Assembly (NCBI GenBank): GCA_963755915.1
Contig: CAVWLP010000002.1
Coordinates: 1,952,001-2,016,000, forward strand
Length of the DNA: 64,000 nt
Reading direction: 5' to 3'
DNA from: an uncultured Phycisphaerales bacterium
GTDB lineage: Bacteria > Planctomycetota > Phycisphaerae > Tepidisphaerales > Tepidisphaeraceae
How positions within the stretch are numbered: the first letter of the stretch is position 1; each line of letters begins with the position of its first letter. Of the stretch, positions 20,143 to 32,214 are shown piece after piece. The notes below the pieces were generated by a model. It did no database searches, was not told where the DNA came from, and worked only from the letters and a program-made list of their open reading frames with translations. A program made the position numbers and the translations under genes.

Positions 20143-20295
20143 AAAGCAGATTCCCAACAAACTGAACACTTTTTCCCGCCCCAACAGCCCTCCCCAGCTA
20201 AATCAACCCCAACCCCTTTCCCCACCAGCACATACGCCAACCCGATAAGCTATGATTCACTAACAAATTTCTCGAAAGTGTCCAATTCTGTCCAC
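20143..20295 (+). repeat. Dispersed ~150-bp intergenic repeat, copy 1
   Basis: Aligns by eye with 36131-36280 (shared TTTTTCCCGC, AAATCA.CCCCAACCCCTT..CCCACCAGCACATAC.CCA, ATAAGCTA, TCACTAA). Confidence 0.75.
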
Positions 20296-20384
20296 TCACA
20301 CCCTCCCCTGCTATCATCCCCCCCAGCAGACGTGACTCCCCGCAGGCCCGGAACCGCCCGGCGGGCACCTCTGCCGGACGTCGC

Positions 20385-23300
20385 ATGGCCATTCTCGTTT
20401 CCCTGAACCATAAGACAATCTACCATTACGACCGGCCGGTAAATCTCGGCCCCCAGGTCATTCGCCTCCGGCCCGCGCCCCATTCCCGCACCCCGATCCG
20501 GTCTTATTCCCTCAAGATCAACCCCGCCAAACACTTCCTCAATTGGCAGCAGGACCCGCAGAGCAATTACCTCGCCCGCGTGGTGATTCCTGAGAAAACA
20601 AAAGAGTTCAGCGTCGAGGTCGATCTCATCGCCGACATGACGGTCATCAATCCCTTCGACTTCTTCCTCGAACCCTCGGCCGAGAATTTCCCCTTCGAAT
20701 ATGACCCCTGGCTCGCGAACGAGCTGGAGCCGTTTCTCATAAAAATGCCGGCCCAGCCACATTTTCGGGATTGGATCGCCAGTGTCCCCCGGACCAAAAT
20801 GCAGACGACGTCCTTCCTGGTTTCGCTGAACCAGCGGCTTTCGCGCGAGACGCGATATCTGATCCGCATGGAGCCCGGCGTCCAGACGCCGGAGGAGACG
20901 CTGACGAAAAAATCCGGCTCCTGCCGGGACAGCGCCTGGCTGCTCTGCCAGATTCTGCGGAATCTGGGCATCGCCTCCCGTTTTTGCAGCGGCTATCTGA
21001 TTCAGCTCAAGCCCGATGAGAAGCCGCTGGAAGGTCCGTCCGGCGCGGCGATGGATTTCACCGATCTGCACGCCTGGACCGAGGCCTATCTTCCCGGCGC
21101 GGGTTGGGTCGGCCTGGATCCGACCAGCGGCCTGCTGACGGGCGAAGGGCACGTTCCCGTCGCGGCGACGCCCGATCCGCAGAGTGCCGCGCCGATCAGC
21201 GGGGCCGTCGATGCGTCGAAAGTCGAATTCTCTCATTCGATGACCATCACGCGGATTCACGAAGATCCGCGCGTGACCAAGCCCTACACCGATGGGCAGT
21301 GGAAACAGATCGAGGCGCTGGGGCACGAGCTGGACCGCGAATTGGCCGCCAACGACGTCAGATTAACGATCGGCGGCGAGCCAACATTCGTCAGTATCGA
21401 CGATATGGACGGCGCAGAGTGGAACACCGCGGCCGTGGGGCCCAACAAACGTAAACTCTCGGAAATTCTGGTCCGCCGGCTGCAAAAAGAATTTGCGCCC
21501 GGCGGTCTGCTGCACTTTGGGCAAGGGAAGTGGTATCCGGGCGAGTCGCTGCCGCGCTGGGCGTTGGGATGTTACTGGCGGAAAGACGGAGCGCCGATCT
21601 GGCAGGATCATTCGCTCATCGCCGATGAATCGAAAGACTACGGCTTCACGCACGACCACGCGGTGCGTTTCGCACGGCATCTGGCGCAAGAGCTTGCGGT
21701 GGACGAGACGTACGTCGTTCCGGCATTCGAGGACGCGGGATATTACCTGCACAAGGAAGGCCGGCTGCCGATCAATGTCGAGCCGGACGATTCGAAGCTC
21801 GAGGACAAAGAGGAGCGCGAGCGCCTGCGGCGAATCTTCGATCGCGGTCTCAACGTGCCGTCGGGATTTGTCCTGCCGATCCAACGGACATACACAAAAG
21901 ACGGCCCCACGTGGCAAAGTGGAATCTGGCTCTTGCGCGGAAGGCACCTCACGCTGATCCCGGGGGATTCTCCGATTGGTTTGCGGTTGCCCCTGCCTTC
22001 CCTGCCGTGGGTGACGCGGGGCAGTATCCGTACGTTCACCCTGCAGACCCGCTGGCAGATCGGGGCCCGCTGCCGTTCTTTGAAGCCCGGCGGCAGACGC
22101 ATCGGTTTACGCCGCATGCCGAGGGGAGCGATCGCCCGGAAGTAAACGTCCAAACACTCGCGCCGGAGAATCCCGCCGATGCGGTTCCGGAGCCGGGCCA
22201 ATCGTCCTATTGGACGGTTCGCACGGCCATGACGGTTGAGCCGCGGCAGGGCCGGCTGTTTGTCTTCATGCCGCCCCTCGCATCCGTGGAGGATTATTTC
22301 GAGCTGATCCATCACATCGAATCGACTGCCGCTGCGCTTAAGATGCCGGTGATTATCGAAGGCACGCCGCCGCCTTTCGATCCCCGGGTGGATTCGATCA
22401 AGGTCACGCCCGATCCCGGGGTAATCGAGGTGAACACCCAGCCGGCCAAATCATGGGACGAGCTGGTGGATATCACCAATCGGCTCTATGAAGAGGCCCG
22501 GCAGTCGCGACTGGGCACCGAAAAGTTCATGCTTGACGGACGCCACACCGGCACCGGCGGCGGCAACCACATCGTCGTCGGCGGCGCAACGCCCGCCGAT
22601 TCTCCTTTCCTCCGCCGGCCCGATTTGCTCCGAAGTTTGCTGGGTTTCTGGCTCAACCATCCGTCGCTTTCCTACCTTTTCAGCGGCACGTTCATCGGCC
22701 CGACCTCACAGGCGCCCCGCGTCGATGAGGCGCGCAACGACAGCGTTTACGAGCTGGAGATCGCCTTTAAAGAGCTGGACCGCCAGGCCCAATTGCTCGG
22801 CAATGTGCCGCCGTGGATGGTCGATCGGCTCTTTCGCAATCTCCTGATCGACAGCACCGGGAACACCCATCGTGCGGAATTCTGCATCGACAAGCTCTAC
22901 GCACCGGAGAGTTCAACCGGCCGCCTTGGTCTGGTCGAATTTCGCGGGTTTGAAATGCCCCCGCACGCGCGGATGAGCCTCACCCAGCAATTGCTTTTGC
23001 GGACGCTGATCGCCTGGTTCTGGAAGAAGCCTTACACGGCGAAGCTCGTCCGCTGGGGAACGCAATTGCACGATCAGTGGCTGCTGCCGCACTTCATCGA
23101 AAAGGATTTTGACGATGTGTGCGGCGAGCTGACCGGCGCGGGATATGCATTCGAGCGCTCCTGGTTCGCGCCGCACGTGGAGTTCAGGTTTCCGGTGGCG
23201 GGGAGGGTGAATCACATGGGGGCGGAGATCGAGCTTCGCAACGCGATTGAGCCCTGGCTCACGCTGGGGGAAATCCCGGGGATTGGGGGAACGGTAAGGC

Positions 23301-23728
23301 AAGTCGACTCCTCGCTGGAGCGTTTGCAGGTGAAGGTGGAGGGGTTGACGGGCGACCGGTTTGTACTGGCGGTGAATGGCCGGCGTGTGCCGCTGCGGAC
23401 GACGGGAGTGCATGGGCAATACGTCGCGGGGGTGCGCTATCGCGCCTGGCAGCCGCCGCATTGTTTGCATCCTACAATTGGGGTGGATACGCCGTTGATT
23501 TTCGATCTGATCGACACCTGGAACGGTCGGAGCCTTGGCGGGTGTACGTATCATGTGTCGCATCCGGGCGGCCGCAATTACGCAACTTTCCCGGTGAACG
23601 CCTTTGAGGCGGAGGCTCGACGCATTGCCCGGTTTTTTACCTTTGGGCACACGCCGGGGCCGGTGGATGTGCCGAACCTGGAGGCGAATCCGGAGTATCC
23701 ATATACATTGGACATGCGTCATCGATAG
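20385..23728 (+). CDS. Transglutaminase + DUF2126 (putative amidoligase) protein; one frameshift near 22020
   Basis: [18 protein letters not shown] TGase triad; [39 protein letters not shown]; split over ORFs 20385..22145 and 21911..23728. Confidence 0.9.
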
Positions 23729-23786
23729 GGCGACAGATTTCCGGGGTTCGCATGGACTCGCGTCCCCCGCTACATAGGATACGAAG

Positions 23787-26296
23787 ATGATCGCCAATTC
23801 GCCTTCGGATCAGCGCCAGAAGTGGTCTTACCCGCCGATCGAGGGACATTTCGACGAAATGCTAGCCGCCGGCGGCGCAACCCGGCCACACTGGCAGGGG
23901 TTGATGTCGCAACTGACCGAGTTGGGGGCCGAGGAAATCGACCGCCGCTGGGCCCGGGCCCGCAAGGCCATCGAGGAAAACGGGGTCACCTACACGGTCT
24001 ATGGCGAAGAAGCCGGCGATCGCGACTGGCAGCTCGATACTCTCCCGCTGGTCATCTCCGCCGATGAATGGAAGCTCATCGAGCAGGCGGTCATTCAGCG
24101 GGCGTCGCTGCTGAACCGTGTCTTGGGCGATGTCTACGGAAAGCAGGAGCTGCTGATCAGCGGTCTGCTTCCCGGCGCGGCGGTATTCATCCAGCAATCC
24201 TTCCTTCGGCCGATGATCGGCCTGCCGATCCCCGGCGGAATATTCAATCACATTCACGCGTTTGATCTGGCTCGCGCGCCGGACGGGCAGTGGTGGGTCA
24301 TTGGCGACCGAACTCAGGCGCCCAGCGGCATGGGATATGCCCTGGAAAACCGCTCGATTTTGTCGCAGACGCTGCCGGAGCCATTTCATGCCTGCAACGT
24401 CACCCGCCTCGCGGAATTCTTCGGGAATCTGAATGACATCATCCTCTCGCTGGCGCCGGCGCATCGAGAAAATCCGCGGGTGGCGCTGCTGACGCCGGGG
24501 CCGTACAACGAAACTTATTTTGAGCATTCATATCTCGCCAGATTTTTTGGCTACGCCCTGACCGAAGGGCGCGATCTGCTGGTGCGCGATTCCCGGGTCT
24601 ATCTGAAAACGCTGAGCGGCCTGCTGCCGATCGACGTGATCCTGCGGCGGACGGACGATCTTTACTGCGATCCGCTCGAGCTACGCGAAGATTCGGTCCT
24701 GGGCGTGCCGGGGCTTTTGATGGCGATGCGCGCCGGGCACGTAGCCGTCGCCAATGCGCCCGGCAGCGGGCTGGCGCAGGCGCCGACGCTGCTGCCGTTT
24801 GTTCCAGAGCTTTGCCGGAAATTAACCGGGGAGGAATTGAAGCTGCCGCAGGTGGCCACCTGGTGGTGCGGGCAGAAGCAGCCGATGGAATTCGTGATCG
24901 CGAATCTGCCGAACCTGGTGATCAAGTCGGCGATTGCGTGGGGCTCGATGAAGCCGATTTTCGGAGCTTCACTGAATCCGCAGCAGTTGGAAGAACTGGT
25001 GAAGCGCATCCGGCGAACCCCGCGGCAGTTTATCGCCCAGGAGCGCGTCCGGCTCTCGACCACGCCCGTCTGGCAATCGGGACAGATCGTCCCCCGCCAC
25101 GCGATGATTCGCGTTTTCGCCGCCGCGAGGCTCGATGGCACCTACGTGGTCATGCCCGGCGGCCTCGGGCGCGCATCAGCGCTTCGACCGACTCCACGGT
25201 CGTCTCAATGCAGGCCGGCGGCGGGAGCAAGGATGTCTGGGTGCTGTCGGAGGGTCCGGTCAACCGGGCCAATCCGCTGCGGCCGCCGGGAGCGCCCGTG
25301 AAAATCACCCGCGCCGGAATCGTTTTGCCCAGCCGCGTCGCCGACGACATGTTTTGGCTCGGGCGATACATGGAGCGGGTCGATTACGGCATTCGCATCG
25401 CCCGCGCCCTGATCCGCAGGCTGGCCAACGACTCGGAGGCTTCGCCCGATTTGCTTCTGCTGCTGGGCGGCCGGAATTCCGAAGTGGATCTCCAGGGCTC
25501 GGCCCTGAAGTCGTATATCGCCGATTGCCTCTTTGGTTCGCCGGGGCCGCCGTCGACGTCGCGCAGCGTCCGCAGGGACGTCGATCATCTCCATCGCATC
25601 GCGGGGAATTTGCGCGACAGATTATTCAACGACGCCTGGCGCGTGCTGGCCAAGCTGAACGAGGAATTCGTCCGCCCCGGCCAGATCCGAATGTTTTATA
25701 ACCAGGCGAATGATCTTCTGGACCGGGCCAATATTCTTCTCGCCGGCTTCACGGGTTATGCGACCGAAGGAATGGTTCACGACAAGGGCTGGCGATTCCT
25801 GGATATCGGCCAGCGGATGGAGCGGTCGCTGCATATCGCCGAGCTGCTGCGCTGGGGCTTCCTCAGCGCCGGCGGCGACACCGATCGGCTCGAGGCCGTG
25901 CTCGAGGTCGCCAAGAGCACGCGCATTTATCGCAGCCGCTACGTGACGACGCTGCAGAAGGCGCCGGTGCTCGATCTGCTCCTGCTCGATGAGACCAATC
26001 CGCAGTCGCTTGCGTTTCAGTTGGCGCGGGCGCTGGAGCATGCCGAGCAGTTTCCCATCGAGCCCAACCCCGCCGAGGTTCCCGAAGACCGCCGATTGCT
26101 TTTGCGCATGCAGACCAACGTTCGCCTGTTCAACCCCGAGGCCATTTTCCTGGCCGACGAGGTCGATCCCGATTATCAGCTTGCCGACCTGCTGGCCGAG
26201 CTGAATGTGGAATTGCCGCAGCTTTCCGATGCCCTCACGCAACTCTATTTCAGTCACGTTCGCGTTAGCCAGCAGTCGCGCGGAGGCGGCTCGTGA
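23787..26296 (+). CDS. Circularly permuted type-2 ATP-grasp protein fused to alpha-E domain; frameshift near 25170
   Basis: DRTQAPSGMGYALENR, TPGPYNETYFEH, CDPLELR, MPGGL, GGSKDVWV, PSRVAD.MFWLGRY.ER. Confidence 0.9.
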
Positions 26297-27165
26297 AATA
26301 CCGCATCCACCACATCACCAGCTATCACTACGGCGAACCGTTCGCCAATTGCCATAACCAGGTCCGGCTCACCCCGCGCGAATTGCCGACCCAGCACCGG
26401 ATTTCATCCGAGATCAGCGTCGAGCCTCGGCTTGAAACGTTTGAGCGCCACGTCGATTCCTTCGGCAACATCGTCGAATCCTTCAGCCTCGACTCGCCCA
26501 GCGACACGATCAACATCCAGGCAATCAGCGAGGTCGAAGTTTCCCGCCGTCGTCCGGCCGCCAAAGGCGAATCCATGCCCTGGGAGCGCATGCGCGACCT
26601 TTTCATGGGCGATTGCGGCCCGGGCGAACTTGATCCGCTCCAGTACGTCTTCGATTCCCCGATGATCGAGCAAACCGACCAGGCCGGCGCCTACGTTTTG
26701 GAAAGCTTCAAGCCCGGCACACCGATCCTCACCGGCGCCGACGACCTGATGCGGCGAATCAACACCGATTTCAAGTTCGACAAGACGGCCACCACTGTCG
26801 GCACCAGCGTTTCAGAAGTCTTTAAGGAGCGGCGGGGAGTGTGCCAGGATTTCGCCCACCTCATGATCGTCTGCCTGCGCGCCCTCGGCCTTCCCGGCCG
26901 ATACGTCAGCGGCTATCTCCAGACCGAGCCCGTGCCCGGCCGCCCCCGCCTGATCGGCGCCGACGCCTCCCACGCCTGGTGCTCGACCTGGTGCCCAAAA
27001 TTCGGCTGGCGCGATTTCGATCCCACCAACAACTGCTGCCCCAACGAACGCCACATCACCCTCGCCTGGGGGCGGGATTATGGCGACGTGAGCCCGGTCC
27101 GCGGCGTGGTGCTGGGCGGGGCGGGGCATCATATCGTGGTGTCGGTGGATATGGCGGCGGTGTGA
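26293..27165 (+). CDS. Transglutaminase family protein
   Basis: GVCQDFAH, SHAW, DFDPTN, GRDYGDVSP. Confidence 0.93.
   Translation: MKYRIHHITSYHYGEPFANCHNQVRLTPRELPTQHRISSEISVEPRLETFERHVDSFGNIVESFSLDSPSDTINIQAISEVEVSRRRPAAKGESMPWERMRDLFMGDCGPGELDPLQYVFDSPMIEQTDQAGAYVLESFKPGTPILTGADDLMRRINTDFKFDKTATTVGTSVSEVFKERRGVCQDFAHLMIVCLRALGLPGRYVSGYLQTEPVPGRPRLIGADASHAWCSTWCPKFGWRDFDPTNNCCPNERHITLAWGRDYGDVSPVRGVVLGGAGHHIVVSVDMAAV
27031..27165 (+). repeat. 135-bp direct repeat, copy 1 (3' end of transglutaminase gene)
   Basis: Matches 34252-34386 with 10 mismatches. Confidence 0.95.
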
Positions 27166-27269
27166 GAAGGTTCGAATACGCTGCGCGGGCGTAAAATTTT
27201 CAAAACGGGGGTAGGAAAGTCCGAAATTGGTTATAACTTCGCAATCCCAAACGCCGAAGATTATCCCGA

Positions 27270-28616
27270 CTACGCGCCTGACGTCTCCAACTTTCCCGCA
27301 TCAATTGCCTCGACTTCCGCCAATCGCTTGTCCCGAATAATCACCAGGCTCGCAACCAGCCTTTCCATATCAATAAGCGATCGTTGACTGTCGAGCATTT
27401 CCAGCAGCGAAACGCTGCCACTTTGATATGCCGCCCGCGCCAAAGTTACCGCCCCCCTCGCGCGAGGCAGAATCGTGTGCTCCAGCAGATCGAGCTGGCG
27501 ATCGGCGTCTCTAAGGGTCGAGAGGTCGTCTACGAGTTGTGCAGAAAGATCGTTACTTGTCTGTTCCCGCATGGCCTCGATCGCACGCAGATTAGCTTCC
27601 GCTTGCAATACACCGGCATGTAGTGCCTCGTACCGCAGAATTGGAACGGTGAATTCGCCCAAAAGACTTTGCGTGATGCCCTTCAGATCCGTCGACGCCG
27701 CCACGTCAAAATCAGGGTAATATTGCAACTTTGCCAACTCGATATCCTCGCGTTTGCCCCGTATTTCATCAGCCAGGGCAACCAATTCCGGGTTCACCCG
27801 CGCCGCCCGATCCAGCACCTCTTGATCCGATCCGGCAATCGGCCGCATTGCCGGCAATGAATCGGGCACTGCAATTGCAGCCGTCGCCGGCCGATCCAGC
27901 AGGGCATTAAGTGCAGCCCGTTCCGCCGGAAGTTCGGACCTCATATTCGCCACGTCGTTCTTTGCCAGATCAAGATCATTGTGCGCATTGAGCACATCCT
28001 GCTCGCCTCCCTGGCCGGATCGGTTACGGGCTTCCGTGATTGTGGCCGTCATCTCAAGCAGTTGGATGTTTTCCTCCCCGAGCCGAATCAACTCGGCATT
28101 TAGCGCGTAATCGTCGTAGGCGCTCACCACTTTTCGCCGCAGTTCGTATTCCGCTTTGCGGAATCGCACTCCCGCGGCTCGCGCATTTTCCAATGAACGT
28201 CGAGCGGCAGCGGACAATTTGCCGGGGAAGGAAATATCCGTCATCGGATCATTGGCCGCGGTGACAACGGTGCGATCCAAAGCCAAGGCGCCGTTGTTTA
28301 GAGTCGTACCGAACGAAATCGCCAGATTGGTCGGCTGTGTTCCATCGATCGTCACCTGCTCGATGGCAGCCCGCCATTGCCAATACTGCTCCTCCAAATC
28401 AGCATTCGTCAGCAGCGCATAATGCACGAGATCATCCACCGACGGATTCTCAGGCAGCGAGGGCCCGGTCCGCTTATCAGCCGGACTTTCATACGGTTTC
28501 CCGGCATCGAGCGCCGCTTGACGTTCGCTTTGCTCGCCCGCCGGATGAACGGTGCAGCCGGTCAAAAACGCCGGGAGCATCGTTGCGGCGACAATCAATA
28601 GGTTGCGTCCATTCAT
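27270..28616 (-). CDS. TolC/CusC-like outer-membrane efflux lipoprotein
   Basis: Lipobox LTGC; OEP repeats; AYQSGSVSLLEMLDSQR. Confidence 0.88.
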   Translation of the reverse strand: MNGRNLLIVAATMLPAFLTGCTVHPAGEQSERQAALDAGKPYESPADKRTGPSLPENPSVDDLVHYALLTNADLEEQYWQWRAAIEQVTIDGTQPTNLAISFGTTLNNGALALDRTVVTAANDPMTDISFPGKLSAAARRSLENARAAGVRFRKAEYELRRKVVSAYDDYALNAELIRLGEENIQLLEMTATITEARNRSGQGGEQDVLNAHNDLDLAKNDVANMRSELPAERAALNALLDRPATAAIAVPDSLPAMRPIAGSDQEVLDRAARVNPELVALADEIRGKREDIELAKLQYYPDFDVAASTDLKGITQSLLGEFTVPILRYEALHAGVLQAEANLRAIEAMREQTSNDLSAQLVDDLSTLRDADRQLDLLEHTILPRARGAVTLARAAYQSGSVSLLEMLDSQRSLIDMERLVASLVIIRDKRLAEVEAIDAGKLETSGA

Positions 28617-31600
28617 ATTGAACCTCCACGTCGCATCAAAAAGTTTTTCGCGACAAAGAAAATGATGGGATAGATGAGCAATTCCATGAGGAAGCTGGTG
28701 AATAATCCTCCGAGCATGGGAGCAGCCAATCGGCGCATGACGTCTGCTCCCGCCCCCGTGGCCCACAGCAGCGGGACCAAACCGATAAACGCCGCGGCCA
28801 CGGTCATTGTTTTGGGCCGGATGCGCTTGACCGCGCCGTCATGGACGGCGTGCCAGAGATCGTCTCTGCTCCGCATGCGGCCTTCCCCCTTGAATCGCTC
28901 ATAGCTGTTGTCCAGATAGAGCAGCATGACCAGGCCCGTTTCGGCGTCGAGGCCGGCGAGCGCGATCATGCCCACCCAGACCGCAAGCGAGAGGTGATAA
29001 TCCAGCAGCCATAGAAGCCAGACAGCGCCGACAAGGCTGAACGGCACGGCCAATAGCACGACAGATACACGGAACCAGCTTCGCGTGGCCGCGTAGAGCA
29101 ACATGACGATGATGATGAGCGTGAGAGGAATCGCCCATTCCAGCCGTTCGTTGGCTTCCTGAATCTGCTCGAATTGGCCGGACCAGACGAGCGTATATCC
29201 GGCTGGGAGTTGGAGTTTTTGTTCGATGGCTGTCTGAGCGTCGGCGATGAAGCCGCCGATATCACGTCCCGCAATATCGACGTACACCCACGCGGTTCGC
29301 CGACTGTTTTCGCTCTTGATCATCGGCGGGCCGGGATTGATTTTGATGTCGGCCAGCTCTCCAAGCGGAATTTGTGCGCCGTCTGGCGTCGGAACGAGGA
29401 CTTGCCGAATGGTTTGCGGATCATCCCGCAGGTCGCGGGCATAGCGGATATTGATCGGATATCTCTCAAGTCCTTCGACGGCCGTCGTGACTTTCATTCC
29501 GCCCATTGCGGTGCTGATGACGTCCTGAACATCGCCGACGGTCAGACCGTAGCGGGCCGCCTGCAGGCGATTCACATTGATATCAAGGTAATAACCGCCG
29601 AAGGAACGTTCCGGATAGGCGCTGATCGTGCCGGGAACGGTCAGCATGATCGTGGATGCTTGCTGGGCCAGATCGCTGAGCACTTGAAGGTCCGGCCCCA
29701 TGATCTTGATGCCCACCGGCGTTTTGATTCCGGTGGAGAGCATATTCGTGCGGTTCTCAATCGGCATGGGCCATGCGTTGGCCACCCCCGGCATCGTGAC
29801 AACAGCATTGAGGCCGGGATGGTCCATGCCGTCTGGATCAGTCCAGCCGTAGACGAGTTCTTCCATGGTGATGCGGCGCTGGGCTGGCCAGAACGTATGA
29901 TGCAAAACCCACTTCAGCGGCGCGGTTCGCGCGGCCAGTTGTCGAAGGCGTATGTCCTTTTGCGCAAGCGCCATTTGTCGGGGTCGGTTTGCAATCGCGT
30001 GACGCTCTCGATCATGTCGAGCGGGGCGGGATCGGTAGCCGTGTCGGCCCGGCCAATCTTTCCATAAACACTGATCACTTCCGGAAAGCTCATGATGAGT
30101 TTGTCTGTTTGCTGCAAAACCTGGCGGGCCTTGGTGACGCTGATGCTTGGATCGGTCGTTGGCATGTAGAGCAGGTCGCCTTCGTCGAGAGGGGGCATGA
30201 ATTCGCTGCCGAGACGTTCGAACGGCCAATACGCGGATGCCACGAACACCACGGCCAAAAGCAAAACGACCCACCGAAACCGGATCGCACCGGTAAAGAG
30301 CGGGTTATAGACTTTTTGCAACACAAAACTGATCGGGCTGCGTTCTTCGTGAATGATCTTCTGCGGAACAAGCAGCATCGCGGCGAAAATTGCCCAGCCG
30401 ATGGCCAGCCAGAGCCGGTACGGTCCGAACACATCATCGTTGAACGTGAACCAGATGATCATGGCCGGAACGAGAATCGCCACGAGCACGATCAACAGAT
30501 TCGGCCAAAAGCCCCATCGTTTGGGAATCGCGCGGTCGCTGATGAAGTAGACCATAAGCACGGGAATGATGGTGATCGACAGGACCGAAGCCGCCGCCAT
30601 TGCGAATGTTTTCGTAAACGCCAGTGGCTTGAAGAGCCGGCCGCTCTCCCCACCGAGCACAAAAACGGGAAGGAAACTGACCGTGATGATGAGAAGGCTG
30701 AAAAACAGGCTTGGCCCGACCTCTTTGGCGGCTTCGAGGATGACCTCGCCGCGCGGGCGGGGATTGCCTTCGCGTTGGACGCGCTCTTCTTCGTGATTCA
30801 GATGCTTGTGCGCGTTCTCCACCATGATGATCGCGCTATCCACCACCACGCCGACGGCAATTGCGATTCCCCCCAGGCTCATGATGTTCGCGTTGATCCC
30901 CAGGACGTGCATGATGAGCAGACTAATGAGCATGCTGCTGGGGATGACGAAAATCGCGACCAGCGCGCTTCTCCCGTGCAGCAGAAAGACGATGCACACG
31001 AGCGCGACGACGATCATTTCTTCGATCAGCGTGTGACGAAGCGTGTGAATCGAGCGTTCGATTAAATCGGAGCGGTCGTAGGCGGTTTTGATCGATACGC
31101 CCGGCGGCAGGCCATCCTCCAACTCGGCGAGCCTGGCTTTGGCGTCATGAATGACTTGATAAGCGTTGGCGCCGAATCGGGCGATCACCACGCCGCCAAC
31201 GGCTTCCCCCTGGCCATTCCATTCGCCCACGCCGCGGCGTTCTTCGCCCGCAATTTGCAAGGTTGCGACGTTGCTCAGCAGAATTGGCGTGCCGTCCTTC
31301 CCCATGCCGACCGGCACTTGCGACAGATCCTTCAAGCCTTGCAGATAGCCGCGACTGCGGACCATGTATTCGTTTTCGCTCATCTCGACGACGGAGCCGC
31401 CGACATCGTCGTTGGAGCGCTGGATCGCCGTCATGATCGTGCCGATGGGCAGGTGAAAGGCGAGCAATTTTTCCGGCTTCAAGACGATCTGATATTCCTT
31501 CACGAAACCGCCGATGGGCGCGACTTCCGCTACGTTGGGCACGGCGGTGAGCTGATAGCGGAGGTACCAGTCTTGAAGACTTCGCAAACTGGCGAGGTTC

Positions 31601-32214
31601 TGGTTTGATGAGACCAGCGCGGCTCCAGTGAGTGGATCGGTGCCCGGCTGATCGAACGCGCGCACCTTCGTCAGCTTCGCCTGGCGATCGGCCGGCGCTT
31701 CGTCCGGGCTGGCGTACCATTTGTCCGCCTGCTCATCGTGCCAAATTCCCTTGGGATGGTCGGGCGAGTAATAGCCGGGATACAGCACGTACTGATAAAC
31801 CCATCCAACGCCCGTTGCGTCGGGGCCGAGTTTCGGTTCAACGCCGGCCGGTAGGCGGTCTTTGACGAAGTTGAGATATTCCAGCACCCGGCTTCTTGCC
31901 CAATAGAGGTCGGTCGAATCATCAAAAATAATATAGATGAACGACTGCTCAAACATGCTGATGCCGCGAACCACTTTCGCGTGCGGAATCCCCATCATGG
32001 CCGTCGTCAGCGGATACGTGACCTGGTCTTCCACGACGTTCGGCGCCTGGCCGGGATAGTCGGTGGTGACGATCACCTGCACGTCCGACAGATCGGGAAT
32101 CGCGTCGAGGCTGATATGGATCGCGGACCAGATACCGGCGCCGACCAGCATGGCCGTCAGCAGCAGCACCATGAAGCAATTGCGAATTGAGATTTCGATG
32201 ATTCGGGTAATCAT
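28613..32214 (-). CDS. cusA: CusA/SilA-type heavy-metal RND permease; frameshift near 29920
   Basis: LDAIPDLSDVQVI, GSEFMPPLDEG, TDPAPLDMIE, MLSTGIKTP, RIRPKTMT; two overlapping ORFs. Confidence 0.9.
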
